Source: Vicugna vicugna
Lineage: Eukaryota
Assembly: GCA_013265495.1 (NCBI GenBank)
Contig: MU058423.1
Location: 6,362,939 to 6,426,938, forward strand
DNA: 64,000 nt
Direction: 5' to 3'
Below are positions 13,602-26,899 of this stretch, piece by piece (position 1 is the stretch's first letter; every line of letters starts with the position of its first letter). The position numbers and the translations under genes were made by a program. The notes below the pieces were generated by a model. That model was not told the DNA's origin. It saw only the letters and a list, made by a program, of their open reading frames with translations, and ran no database searches.

Positions 13602-15619
13602 CAAAGTGAGTCTCCTGTAGCCAACAAAAAAGAATCGGTCACTTGCGGTTTACCTGGCATAGGGTTATAACTCAAACCAGAGCAAATGGCCCCATTTAAT
13701 TTTCAAAGCAGTGGTGCTTCAGCTGGCTATGAGGGTGGAATCCCAGCAGGCAGCTAATTGACATCCCATGGAATTGAAAAACTTTGTCCTTCCACAGATT
13801 TAAAATCTAATAAAATAAAGCTTTAGAGGTACAGTACATTTTTTGAATAAAACTTGTTTATGAAGATGCACGCCAGTGTAGGCAAATGCATGCAAAGGAT
13901 GTATTTTTCATTTAAAGGAAATGAGACACCTGGAGAAAAAAAGTAGCAATTATATATAGTGTTTACCTAAACAGTTGATACAGCTTCCACCATTTAAATT
14001 TCTTTGCTTTGGCATTGACATTTTGGCATACTTTCAGTCTTTTTCTTTAAAAGAAAAAAGAAAAGAAGACGGTGTTTTGCAAATGAAACTGAGTGAATGA
14101 ATGTAAACAAATAAAGTAGTATTCTGAAATTTCAAATTTTATAAGGATTCAGATTTGTAATAGAAAATATCCATTCGCTAAGACTGTAACTTTCAATTTA
14201 AATCCACCAAAAACAGGAATGTATAATATATATCATGGTCTTGGGGAATTATTTTTGTCCCTGAATGTCTTTTTACTGGAAAAAGGATTATACCTTACTG
14301 TCTTATTTTCTTAGTATCCCCATCATAACTTAATATACTACATGTCAATAAATATTTATTAGATGAAAGATGGATGGATAAAAGGGAAATAAACTCTCTG
14401 GTAAAATTTTAGACAGTCTAATAACAAATATGATGATTTCAAAATTGTAACCACATACCCAGTGTTCCCAACAATGTCCTCTTGAATAGTGGCCATAAAT
14501 TGGAGGCACTTTTTACTTAAGTGTTAATTCATCTTTTGAAATTAGAATGAATCTCACTTTGGAAAGTTATTATCATAACTGTCATTTTCAGTCCCACTTT
14601 AAATTCCTTGAGTTTTACTCTATAGCTAGTTTCTATGAAACTGTTTCCTTGGCTTTGTCCCTTTGTATACACTTCACTAGTATTTTCCCAGAGATCACAG
14701 ACATATTAAAAGGTATTTAGTTTATTTTGCTTTATGACTGACAATCTATCCCATTTAAATGAGAAATGTCCAGGGACGTCTAATATAAAGTCTACATGGG
14801 CATTTTCTCATTATAGTATTAATGTGGTGGAGGAATGCCATTCCCAGGGCATACACATTTCAGTCCCCGCTTGGTGCGGCCACACCCCAACTCCTGTCCT
14901 CAGAACCCTTACTTTTGAGTAACTAGAATGCCCAGTCCTGCAGTCCTTCTCCCCTTACGCTATCCGCATCTCCATAATGACTTTTGATCTCCGGACATGC
15001 TCTTCTGAATGAGCAAAAAACAGCTAAATACATTCAACATTTGAGTTTTAATCAAAATATTTATAGCTCTAAAAACAGTTTTTAACCACTATGACTATGA
15101 ACTGAACTGCTTTTGATAGTCTGTAAGATTCTGATTCTAGTATTAACTGACTTAAAAGTTACTAATTGCTTTTGCTATTTTATTTCACACATTCTGTACA
15201 ATACCATGCAACAGACACTTTTCATTATATTAAAATGACCTAAAACTTCACTTTCATGGCAAATAATTCACGTTTCCCCAGTGCATTTAATTCTTTGTCT
15301 GCCGCCTATCCATTTCATTAAAAACCAACTGGTAAGACTAATGAAAGAAAAAAACCTGAGAGAACATTTTCTTTGAATTCACTTGGTGGAATTTTATTCA
15401 AAATGAGCTATTAGGAACTAACTTTGGCCCAAATTATATCTGAAGGTATCAGCTTCTCATTGTAGGTTGATTAACACTCTATGATCCCAGAAAGGTAATG
15501 CTACGGCTTGGGCCAGATCAAATCAGGAGAACTGGGATGCCTGCCTACCTAAGTTCCCACCAATGCGTCTGTCTTTTAAATATAATTGGGCTTTGTCATT
15601 AAGGAAAAAGACACATTTA

Positions 15620-16455
15620 GAAGTGGTCTGTGACTCCTCGCTTCCTCTGACTCCACGTGCAGCCCACCAGGACTGCACGTGGTTCTACCTGCAGAAAGAA
15701 CCCTGAATCTGCGCACTTGCCCACCTCCTGCATTGCTGGCGCTCTCCCGGGAGGGGGCCGCTCTCAGCCCTCCCTCTGCTCAGGGCAGTAGCCTCCTTAC
15801 TGCTCTCCCTCTTCCATCCTTAGCCTTCTACTGTTAGTTCTCAACGTGGCAGGCAGAGCTGTCCTTCTGAAATACAAGCCCAGACATTTCCCTTTTCTCC
15901 ACAAATCCCACCCACGGCTTTTGCTAATTCACTTACAGTATAATTTAAAGTTCTTGAAAGAGCTTTAATCGATCCTACACAATTAGCCCCCTTTCCAATC
16001 TCCTACTATTCTCCTTCTCGCTTCCAGCAAACCAGGCTCATCAGACATTTGAAGGGCACCCTTCCTGCTTTAGGATCTTCACGCGGTCACTGCCTCTGCT
16101 TCAGGTGGACTCCCCTCCCCTGGCCCCAGGCAGCCACCCAGCCTGCCCTCGCTCTCTCAGTGTCAAGTCTTGGCTCAAGTGTCACAGGCTTACTAAGGTT
16201 CACGCTACCAACTTATGTACAACTCAGCCTGCTTTCATGGGACACCCTCCACGGCTGATGCACCTAACTGCTCAGCATTTTTTTTTCCAATAGCGCTTCC
16301 TACTATTCTATCATTTATTTCTTCTTCTCTTTATTGCTTCTCATCGCTGTTAAAACATAAGCTCCACAACGACAGGGGTGCTTCTTTCCTTTATTTTTGA
16401 CAAAAATACTGCCTAATACAGAATTGACTCTCAATACCTATTTGATAAAGAATGG
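15620..16455 (+). mobile_element. LINE-2 (L2a-like) 3' portion
   Basis: 'gttctacctgcagaaagaaccctgaatc', 'cataagctccacaacgacagggg', ending 'ctcaatacctatttgataaagaatgga', the L2 terminus. Confidence 0.85.
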
Positions 16456-18129
16456 ATCTGCTCATTTTATAACAAGTGTTTGCTCTCAAGTGGTATTGTA
16501 AGGCATAGTGCCATTTTTTATAATAGCTTTTGATTTGTTTGATGAAGTCTCTACAATACATTTTAATATAATAGCGTCTCATCTGAACACAACAGGGAGA
16601 AGTACGTTGCCCATATATCTGTCACTCTGGGTGATTAATCAAAATAACCTAATCTGTGCATTCATGGCCCTGAAAATTTTCAGTGTTTCAGGGGGACAAA
16701 ACAAAGGAAGGAAATTGACTTTAGCCAAACGTTTTCATGCTAAACACTTATATATACATTGCTCTTTCTTCTAAAAACTTAGTAATATGTTTTAATTTTT
16801 GAATGCAATTTACCTAGGGATGCATAACTCATGAAACTTAGAAGATTCTAAATTCTACGCTGTTTCCAAAGTTCTTTCAAGTAAGAAAAAAGCAAACTTC
16901 CCATACAATGTAAGTTCATCAAATTTCTATGGCATAAAATAAGTACAAAGTAAAATTCTGGAATATGATGGTAATAATACTATTGTACTAAATATTTTAA
17001 GCTTATAAAAAAAGATGACTATTCACAAAAGAAGAAACCTCACGAACTACTTTAGAAACCAAGTTAGTTAAAATGTTCAGGCCGTATTCTCATTTCTTTT
17101 TGCAATATCTAGCCTCACCAGGATATCCTCTACAACAGAGTGAGCTTTGAAGTTCACAAAATTTGATTCAACATTGGCATATCGACCTGACTTCAAAGGG
17201 ATTTACACTGCTGAAGGATTTCACTGAGTTCAAGAAAGAAAGGAGAATCTCAAGTTCCTGTGAAAGCTAACTTCAGAGTACCTGGTACCTGCAACAAAAT
17301 TAGATTACGTCTGGTATCAAAAACCGGGATTTGAAAGTACAGTTTAATTCGCATACAGCATTTCTTTTAAACTCCCTGTTTGGTGAATATTTATCATGAT
17401 GTGACAATAGGGAAACTAAAAGTTGGGAGTTTAGTTTGTGGAGATAAAGCTTTGCTGAAAAACCTGTTTAATTCTGGGTAAGAAACAACATTGGCATAAA
17501 CCTGTTTTTTTTCCTGCTCGTTCACTTGTGCAGCACTGGTTTGCTAATCTCATTATTACCTTCCCCGCAAATGCTTTTCCTAAAACTCCACTTAGTCTTC
17601 ATAATCATGAATTGGGACTGGATTTCATTTAATTTAACCCAAGTTTCCAGCCTGAAAATCACTATAATTACTCTCAGAAGTTTCCTTCAGTGTGTCTCGC
17701 ACTTCTATTCTTCTCTTTCTTGTGGTCACGGCCCTCTCCCAGCCACCCCTCCCTTCCCTCTCCCCCTCCATCAGTGTGAACACTTACAGCTAGGGAGGTG
17801 TCACTTATCCCAAAAGGCCCACTCAATTTTCCACCAGTTTTGCAGGGTTTCTTGTTATTCCCAAGACTATATACTTTAACAACTAAACATTCCCCTGTAT
17901 GAACAAAAGATGGTAATTCATTTGTATCTCCCAATTAGTCCTTGTCTCTGACTCTAGTGAAGAAAAAAATTAATCATTTTGAGTCAAACTGTTAGGTTGG
18001 ATCTTTACGAAACCCTCTGCATCATGCACATCATACGTATAGGGTAAGCAGAACGTGATGACTAAATTTGTAATTACCAAGTAAAGCCATTTTCTTGAAG
18101 GATAAACACTATGCAATTAATAACAATGC

Positions 18130-18600
18130 ATAGACTTTATATATATACAGATTTCATATGCATTCTCTCCTTTAACCCTCATAACAATCCTATTAATTTT
18201 CCGATTTTCCATAAATGAGGTGTTTGAAAAAGCATTACTTTATGAGAAGTTTGACAGATTGATATCCAGTAGTAGAAAATTTAATAACTGAATTTTATTC
18301 AGCTCTTTTTATAGGTGAGTCAGTATGCTAGCCTATTAAGGAGTGAGCTATTCTAATCCCCATTTTGTTAATGAGGACATTAGGATTTAGAGAGATTAAA
18401 TTACTCACCCAAGCTCACAGCGTGAGAGTCAATATTCAAATTCAGGTCTTTTCTCTCTAGAGCCATAGCTCTCAACTACTACAGTTATCAGAATTTAGAA
18501 ATGAAGTTACCTTAAAAATCATTTAGTCCAAACCTCTCATCTTACATATGAAAAAATCAAGGCAAAAAGAGTTTTCTGCCCAAATCCACAAAGCTTTTGG
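18130..18600 (-). mobile_element. Cluster of MIR/MIR3 fragments
   Basis: 'tttaaccctcataacaatcct', 'ccccattttgttaatgaggacattaggatttagagagattaaattactcacccaagctcacag', 'atcatttagtccaaacctctcatcttacatatgaaaaaatcaaggc'. Confidence 0.75.
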
Positions 18601-18854
18601 ATAAAACACACCCCTCAAGCCTCCAGACTCTACACTTCCCACCTCAACCTTCCAGGGCTGCTCCCTACTTGCACCCTCAGGAGAGGCCCATAGTCTGCGC
18701 CTTCTCTCAAGGGCCAGAGCCTACTGGCTGCTCATCTCCGGCTGCTTTCTCATTCACCTTCCCTGGAAGTGGAACTTCCCCTTCTGACCTTAGACAATGG
18801 GGGTAAAGATGAGATCTCAGAAAGAGTTAGTGGGTTCAGTCTTGATCCCTACCT

Positions 18855-19240
18855 GGGGAGAAACAAACCTATTGGATATATTGATTCTTTGGTATGTTGT
18901 ATGCGTATCAACATACCAGAGAGAGAGAGAGAGAGAGAGGAGAAATTTATTATAGGAATTGGCTAATGTGATCAGGAAAGCCAAGAAATCCCGTAACCTG
19001 CTGTCTCCAAGCTGGAGAACCAGGGAAGTCAGTGGTGGGTAACTCAGTCCTAGTCTGAGGGCCTGAGAACCAGAGGAGTCTGTGGCATAATTCCCAATCC
19101 GAGACGAAAGGCCTCAGAACCAGGAGAACCAGTGTCCCAGGGCAGAAGATAAGCATCTCAGGAATGGGGTTTGCCCTCCCTCTGCCTTCTTGCTCTATTC
19201 TGGTGCTCCACGGATAGGATGGTGCCCACCTATACATGAT
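18855..19240 (-). mobile_element. MLT2 (ERVL) LTR fragment with internal (GA)n
   Basis: 'gagagagaggagaaatttattataggaattggct', 'caagctggagaaccagggaag', 'aaaggcctcagaaccagg', 'ggataggatggtgcccacc' are antisense MLT2 features. Confidence 0.85.
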
Positions 19241-19732
19241 GGTCATTGAATAAAATACCTTTTCTAGTATTAATGATCTTTCATATGTTCTATAAAATGT
19301 AGAAAGTAGAAGCTTTAAAACATTTACTTCATTTGAGGTCATTCATTTTTTAACAGTTTAAATGGCTTCATTTTGCATTTGTTGATACTATGGATACATG
19401 AGATGAAAAAGATAACAGTCCTTGAGCAGAATGGCTTAAACTGCAGTAGGAGAGATGACTATATAAATAGAATATTTCAACATAGTGTGGTAATTTGGTG
19501 CTAAAAAATCATTTCACTTTTGAATACAAGTAAGACAAAATTAATTGATGCTTTATTTTTCAGATGCTTAGTTTTAAAGAAAATAATTAAAAGAGGTAAT
19601 AGATTATTTTAAAAATAAAATAATTTGGGTATGTCTGGGGAAAAAAACACACAATAGAGTTAATTAAGCAGCTTAACTTAGAAATTTTAGACTCCAAAAT
19701 ATCATTTCTTGAGACTTTTTCATAAAACTAGC

Positions 19733-20142
19733 TGTAGCAGAGATTGTTAGGGGATTACCAAGTATGTTTTTTTTCCTACTGGGAACATAGCTAGACTACA
19801 TTTCCTACCTTCCTCTCAGGCTGGACAATGACTGAGTTTCCACCAATAGAATGTGAGTGGAAGTAATGAGCACCACTTGGAGGCATGACCACAAAAACTT
19901 CCCATATGTACATCCTACGTGTTCTTTCTCCTCCCAGTGTGATGTAGATGAGCAGAGTGACTGGTGGAATAGTGGAGCCACAGAGAGAACCTGGGACCCT
20001 ATGTCAGTAAATAGAAGAGTATCTCTCAATAATCAAGGACATCTTTTTATGGCTTTTAAGTGAGCAAGAAACACATTTCAGTAATGGTTAGGCCATTATA
20101 ATTCAAGGTTTATGTCATACATTAGATAGCATTACCCTAATA
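19733..20142 (+). mobile_element. MaLR MLT1 (MLT1I/J-like) LTR
   Basis: Starts 'tgtagcaga'; contains 'gctagactacatttcc', 'ccaatagaatgtgagtggaagtaatg', 'gtgagcaagaaacacatttc'. Confidence 0.8.
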
Positions 20143-20349
20143 TGCCAACCTTTAAACTGAATTATAAACACAACCCTAGATTTTTTTGTCATGCAAGGAT
20201 TAATTGAGTATGATTTATGGAATCACAGACTTTCAAAGCACATATTGTAGAGAATATTAGTCATAGGACATTAGACACAATTCGGTCCAACAGCCTCATT
20301 TTAAAGAGGAACTTGATCTAAATTACCAAGAGTAATTTCAACCCCTTCT

Positions 20350-20540
20350 CTTTGCTCCCTCAGCTCTGAAGATAACTATTTCTACAGTTGCTGCCTTTCT
20401 TTTCTCTTTTACCCTTTCAGTTACCTCATTAACAACGTCATTAACTTGTACCTTGTTAATTATTATGTATATTGAATTCCCATCGTTCAATAACTGGTGT
20501 GGTTTCTGTCCCCTTTCTGGACCCAGGTGTGGACACAGGA
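20350..20540 (+). mobile_element. ERVL LTR33-like 3' fragment
   Basis: 'tattgaattcccatcgttcaataactggtgtggtttctgtcccctttctggaccc' resembles LTR33 3' ends. Confidence 0.5.
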
Positions 20541-21904
20541 GATGTTCCTCCGTTTCTCGTGACTAAAGTAAACAAGGATATAAAGCAAATTATGACGCAT
20601 CCAGACTGTCTTTTCTGAAATTGTCTGGAAGAGTGGGTGTTTGTTTCAGTGGTCCCTAATGCTTCCTTCCACACTGGATGACAGGTAGGATGTATAGGGC
20701 CCAGGGGCCATTCCAGGATAGCTTTGACTCTCTCAAGTAGCTTTGTTTTATGTCAAGGCACATGTGGGTACTTTACTGTAGTTGAGAATGACTAACATGC
20801 TACTGTCATTATTTGGAAACCTATTGAAACAAGTAAGTTTTCAAAAACAGTAGATTAAAAACTGGAATTCTTCTGTTTTTTCCATCTTTTTTTTCCCTCC
20901 TAGGAATTTTTTAAAACTTTTAGCAAGGTGGACTTAGAGAATTTCTCTGTTTCCTCAGTTTTAATTTCTCATTTATATTATCTAGAAATTCTGGATCTCT
21001 TTTCTCAGCCTAATACTGTTCATTACTAGGGAAGTGAGGTAAGCATATCTATATATCATAGTTCTTACGTTCAACTAAAAACTCCTAAATCCATTTAAAC
21101 ATTTGCTCAAAACAGAGTCAGACTGTTTATTAGTTGAATTTTCAGAGAATTCATTCATCTTACATCCACTAGAAGGTGTACTGCCCATTTATTTTTATCC
21201 AGACATGACTTTTCTCCCTATATGCTTGACCCTGAGGACTCATTTTAAGTCTATGTTCCTATGCAGCAGCCTCTGACCTTTCTCCCCACAGTGGTGACAA
21301 CAGGAACTGTACCTGCTTACTTTTCATTAGAAGACTCTCTAGGACGAGTCCAGAGATTCAAATTCTTTCCCCACATTACAAAAACCATGGTCAATATTCC
21401 ATTTCTTAAGTAAAATAATTAATCATGTGCCTTTGCTATAGTCACTCAGGAGTTTTCCTGTTTAACTGTTCCATTTTCAGGACCTGTCTTCCCCTCTCAG
21501 GAGACCTACCTACTTTGTGCTTGACACTCTCCTGGGTGCATTGAGAAGGGGCCTGCATGTGGGCAACGGCCAACACATCGCGTCTCACATTCTCCCTCCT
21601 GCGTATCCCTGTCAAACCGTCATAGAACTCTCAGAGCATCTTTTGAATTCCCACCTACTTCCATCTTTCCCTAGCAATTTCCTGAGGATCTCTGAAGATT
21701 GCCTTGCCTTTCTTGTCAGATGTAGCTGATTGCCCTAAAGCTAAGATCCATTTAACAAATTCAGAAGAGTGATTGATGTCTTGCTGACCAGCAGATGTTT
21801 TCAGGGCTCAGGACTAGCAAAGCAAAAATTTACTAACAGCCTCACCCAATATAAGGTGTCTGTTAACCCCACTGTCAGTTAGTGGCACTGAACAGAACTG
21901 AAAT

Positions 21905-22342
21905 TTGAGTCCCTTTAAAAGCAAAGTTTTCTCATTCTGGTCTCAAAGAAGAAATCAGAGAGAGAGAAAGAGAAGGACTTAATGAGCCATTGCTACTTTG
22001 AAGACGGAAGGGGCCAGGTGAGATGAAATGGAGACGCCTTTCAGAGAAGCAGCAGAGCCTGGCAGATAGCTATCAAGGGACTGGGATCTCAAATCTACAG
22101 CCACGAGGAAACGAACACTGCCAACAACCTGTGTGAGCTTGGAAGCAGATCCTCCACCTGGATCTCCAGATAAAAGCCCAGCCCGGTGGACACTTTGATT
22201 TTGGTCTTGTAACACCTACCACAAAGAGTCCAAGTGAGCCCACTTGACCTTCTGACCAGAGGAAATGTGTGACAATAAAAGAGGGTTGTGTTAAGTTGCT
22301 AAGTTTCAGTAATTTGTTACATAGCATTAGAAAAGCAATACA
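21905..22342 (+). mobile_element. MaLR MLT1 (MLT1D/E-like) LTR, 5' truncated
   Basis: 'ctgccaacaacctgtgtgagcttggaagcagatcctcc', 'gacactttgattttggtcttg', ending 'gtaatttgttacatagcattagaaaagcaataca'. Confidence 0.88.
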
Positions 22343-22669
22343 GTATTCTTACCTAAATTTCACTCTCTTGTTATAAAAAAATTAAGAAATGAGATTTCTT
22401 ATTTTATGTTTATATTTGACTCAGAGTGATCTGGGGTGAAGAATTGTTCATTTTAGTTTGAAAACTAGTATTTTAACTGTAATGGTTCCATATTTCCTTA
22501 TAACTGCACTATAATTTGAAAATTATTTTTATATGATTCACATTTCTTTCTATTTTATATTTGGTGATTTTCTCCCATAGTGCAACTTGCCATCATAATA
22601 GCAATAAACTTAGCAAATATGACATGTCTTATAGCTCCTGATTATTAAAACACATAGCACATATCTATG

Positions 22670-23050
22670 CTATGTGATATTGCACAGCAATAAAAGTCAT
22701 AAATTATTGATACACAAAACAACTTGGATGAATCTTAAGAGAATTATTTTGAGTTAAAAAATTTACATGTTTTATGATTCAATTTATATAATATTCTTGA
22801 AATGACCAATTTATAGAAATGGAAAATTGATCAATGCTTGCTAGGACTTAGGAACAGGAAGACAGACAAGGGAAAAAGGTATGTGAATGTGATGATAAAT
22901 GAGCAGTAAGAAGGTGACTTTGGGTGATGTCACTGTTCTGTATTCTGACTGGGTTGGTAGATGTATGAACCTAGATGTGTAATAAAATTGTATAAAACCA
23001 AAAACACAAGCATACACATGCAAAATGACATTTTCAAACTGGGTAGAGAA
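22670..23050 (+). mobile_element. L1MD-like 3'UTR fragment
   Basis: 'acaacttggatgaatcttaagagaatta', 'tatataatattcttgaaatgac', 'gtgtaataaaattgtataaaacc'. Confidence 0.75.
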
Positions 23051-23419
23051 CAAGATATTGGGAAACATTGAGTTAGCTTCAAAAAACACATACTTGATAA
23101 AATATAATCAATCAAGAGAAAACTTAACATAAGGAATTTAGGAATGCTGTATGTAAAACCTGACTGAGAGCAATAGATTTATTAATACACTGAATCTAAC
23201 CAAAAATTTAAAAAACAAAACATGAAAACAATGATAGAAAAATTACCTAGCACAAAAGTATTTCTACTAGTATAAAAGGCCAAGTCATGACATCCAGAGC
23301 TAGTAAAAATACAGATTGACCAGTACAAGCAAACATCCACTAATGTTCTGTTAGTTTGAGAAAGCAGTCAGTAGAGGTACCTTTATGGTGAAGGAGGTAG
23401 AAAAAGTGGGAAACTTAAG

Positions 23420-24022
23420 ATGAGTCTTAGATATTAGGTTTAAATAAGTAAGTTGATGGGGAAACCTTTCATCAAGATGGGGATTATAGGAAAATAAACA
23501 GAGCAATAAGTGGAAAGACAATAATTATTTGGGCCATGCTGACTTTGAAGATCCCCCAGGTGGCAGCATCTAACAGGCAGCAACTAAATGAGACTACACT
23601 TCACAGAGAGTTGTAGGCTAGTGTTCATGTTTGAATAACAACTACTGAAAACTCAGGGCATGAAAACAATTTCCCAGGGTGAGTGCAGGGTAAGATTTAA
23701 AAAATGGGCAAGAACAGAATCTTAGAAAACAGGAATATTTAAAGAGTGTGAAGAAGAAGAAGAAGAAGAGAAGGCTGAGAAGGAATAACCAAAGATACTG
23801 AAAAGGATCTAGTAGAAGTAGAGTCATGGAAGCCAAAGAAGAAAGATTTTTCTAGAAGGAAGTGATTATCATTGTCAAATACCAAAGGGGTCAAACAAGA
23901 CTCACAAAATTGAAGAGAACTCATAATAATTAATTAAGAAATGATTGTTGACTTCAGTTAAAACAGTTCAAGTTTAATGGTTGAGGTCTGAGATAGAAGT
24001 AAAAGTATGAGGTAGATGTTTT
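23420..24022 (-). mobile_element. LINE-2 fragment (interrupted by an LTR)
   Basis: Antisense L2: 'ggccatgctgactttgaag', 'gagtcatggaagccaaagaagaaag', 'cattgtcaaatacc'. Minus ORF 23739-23924 (LVFDNDNHFLLE) resembles the L2 RT. Confidence 0.75.
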
Positions 24023-24577
24023 TGTTAGGTAGTTAGGTAAGTGGGGGCATGGAGCAGATAAGGTGGAGGAGAGGGAGGACGGTCTAGAAGATAGTGGTAT
24101 GCCCACCTCCAGCATAAAGGGGCTTTACTTCCTTGAAATGAGTGCCAGCAAGAGACCAGTTAGAACCAGAAAGCAGTAACTGCACAGTAGTGACAAAGAC
24201 CTAACCAGACATCCAATGCTCATTCTATAATAATTAATATTGCAGTTTAGGCACCCCCCACCCTGGGTTTTTCCGTGTGCATCATGGGTAAGGACATGTG
24301 CAAAGGGGAACGAGTATGACTGGGCACTCCAGGGGCAAGAGCTGTCAATCAATCAAAAGACCACCTCTAAGCAGGGGCAAAGGAGAAAGGGCAAACAAAG
24401 ACCACCACTGTCTACCCTCGGCTCAGCCCGCCTCCCGTTCTTGGAGGTGTACTTTCCCTTTGCGAAATAGAACGTTTAAAATCTTTCGCCATACAGTGCT
24501 TCCATCCCCTGTCTGAATTCTTATCTTTCAGGTGTGCCAAGAACTCGGGTCTTTTCCTTTCCCCTTTGGGGGTAACA
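24023..24577 (+). mobile_element. ERV1-class solo LTR (MER50-like, 555 bp)
   Basis: Begins 'tgttaggtagttagg', ends 'ggtaaca'; flanks TTTT/TCTT give a 4-bp TSD with one mismatch. R/U5-like 'tggaggtgtactttc...tgaattctt...caagaac'. Confidence 0.75.
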
Positions 24578-25554
24578 TCTTCAACTGAAGATGAAGTGGG
24601 AGGTGAGGCAGTGATAATAGTAGATGGGAACTGTATTTGAGAATGGTTCCTGTAAACAGTAGACCCTGCAAGATCTAAGGAGATAACATTTAAATACGGA
24701 AATGGCTGAAGCACTTATACATAGGTTGTGGGGAAATTGCTAATAAAGAAAGAGAAATTTCAAACATGAGAGAGAGAGAAGCAAAGTTACAATGGAGTAT
24801 GGTTCTGTCCTTAGATACATAAAAGTGAATATGACCCAATTTATATTTTTACATATGCTTATATTTCTGAATTAAAAAGACATACTGCTGACTTTAATTT
24901 ACTTTTTCAATGTCCTGTGATTCATAAAAGACCTCGGAATTGAAATGTAGTTCAAATAAGGCAATTCAAAATAATTACACAAGTGATGGGATTAATGGGC
25001 TGTGACTGCCGTGCAGCGTAATTTATGTAGCTCAACACTTTTAAACCTTGTCATCGATGTGACAGCATGCACTTGTTCTTCCCAAATAATACTTGATTAA
25101 GGCATTTACGATCCCAGTCACCGTCACTGCATGACATTCCATGGCCAGGAGTGTGCTGTACTGTATTAACTCACACACACATGCACTGCTGACACTTCCC
25201 CTTCAATGTGAATGGCTAGTGTGTGTTTCATGCTCTGTCTTGTCTCATTGCATTAATAGCCACGGGTGTGATGAGGTTCATAATCTATGGCTATTTCACA
25301 ACATTTTCAAGGCACTTGCCACAAATGGAGCAGCCAAGTACTTCATTAAGCAATCCTGTTTCCAGAAAGCATGTGTCTCCAGAAGCAGGTTGACATTTGA
25401 AGTAATATAAGTTGCTTTTAGCTGTGTAAGGTTGAAAAGGCACATGTAATTTTAGTAACTCTTGACTTAACATCATATCTTTCCTCAGAAATCAAATAGC
25501 ATTCTGATAAGGCCTCCCGTTTACTGTTGTCACTTTACTTTCTATTGAGTGGTT

Positions 25555-25710
25555 ATGCTCAGCCCTGCCACTTGCTCATTGTAACCTTAGGTCTAGCATT
25601 GAACTTCTGCAAGCTTTCATTTCACATCTATAAAATAGAGCTACATAGCAGGCTTACCATAAAGTTTATACCATGTATGACAATGCACATAAAGCCCCTA
25701 GAACGTAGAA
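25555..25710 (+). mobile_element. MIR
   Basis: 'ccctgccacttgctcattgtaaccttagg...tttcacatctataaaatagag...aatgcacataaagcccctagaac'. Confidence 0.75.
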
Positions 25711-26899
25711 AATAATACACTCTAAAATATTTTATTTCTATATTACAAATAAAAATAGGATGGTGATGTTTGAAACCACAAGAAACTAGATAAAAAGTTC
25801 TAAACTTGGTCATCTAGGCATTCTGGGCTCACCATAATTTTATGAATGTGCGTTTTATCTTCTCTGGACCAGGAGTTTAGAGATACTCATGGAAAGCTGT
25901 GGAAGTTCTATAGATTCCTATTTTGTCAGTGTTTGACTTTACTAAGCAGTTCTTCCTAAATCTACGGTTGCCATCGTCCTGAGAACGCATGACTGAGGGG
26001 GCAGCAGGCAGCAGCAGCCCTGACAATGGCTACTTTCTGCCCAATTTTTATCAGTGGCTTTGAAACTCCTTTTCTACGGATATGAAACTATGTGATTGCT
26101 AAAATTTCATGGGAGAAATCACTCTATTGATAGAATCCAAAGAGTACATACTATACTTGTTCTGCGGCCAAATTTGTAAAGCTTTAAAATTCCTAGTATT
26201 GCAGAGGAAGGGAACCAGCTTCTAGATCCTCCAGGCACATATTTTTCAGGTAAGGCCAGGAACCCTGTTGGGTCCCAACAGAGAAAACAAGAGAGTCACC
26301 GCTGGGCTTCCTCCCTCAGAAAGTGGCCAAGTATCGGAGAACATGACCCAAAGCACAGAGGAAACAATACGGTGTAGGAAATGGAAACATATAAACCACA
26401 GAAAATCTTCTCAGAGATTAGAGGACTCGTCAAAACATAGTGGCTATCAGCCACGACATGCGTGGGCTCGCCCTCGTGGCCCCCACAGGGTCAGGCTTGA
26501 TGAGTTTGGGGGCTCAAAGCACAAGCAGATTTTCCCCAGGTGCTTATCAGGTGACTGGCAGCCTCTTCCTAGTTCCCTGGGACGGCAGCCCCTTATCTTT
26601 CTTCAGCTCAGGAGTTCTCTTCATTTTAATAATTCAATAACCAGACCTGAGTCAAGTAAGTCAAGATAACAACAAAAACAGCAGCCCTTCCCAGGGACCC
26701 AAGCAGCCAGGTCAGGGAAGGGTTGGCAGAACAGTAACACTACACATTATTCTTGCTGTAATACACAGCAGCAAAAACAGAACCACTGAAAACCTGGCTG
26801 TAAGAATAAGAGAATGTCAGGATATGCAAGTTCAAAACACACACAAACACATACACACACACCCCCCCAAGAGACTGATGCCTAAGGAACCCATGATTT

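Noticed and set aside
12790..13620. TSD for the 12811-13601 L1
   Set aside because: No convincing flanking direct repeat found by eye.
18950..19342. 130-aa minus-strand ORF
   Set aside because: Lies largely in an MLT2 LTR, which is non-coding.
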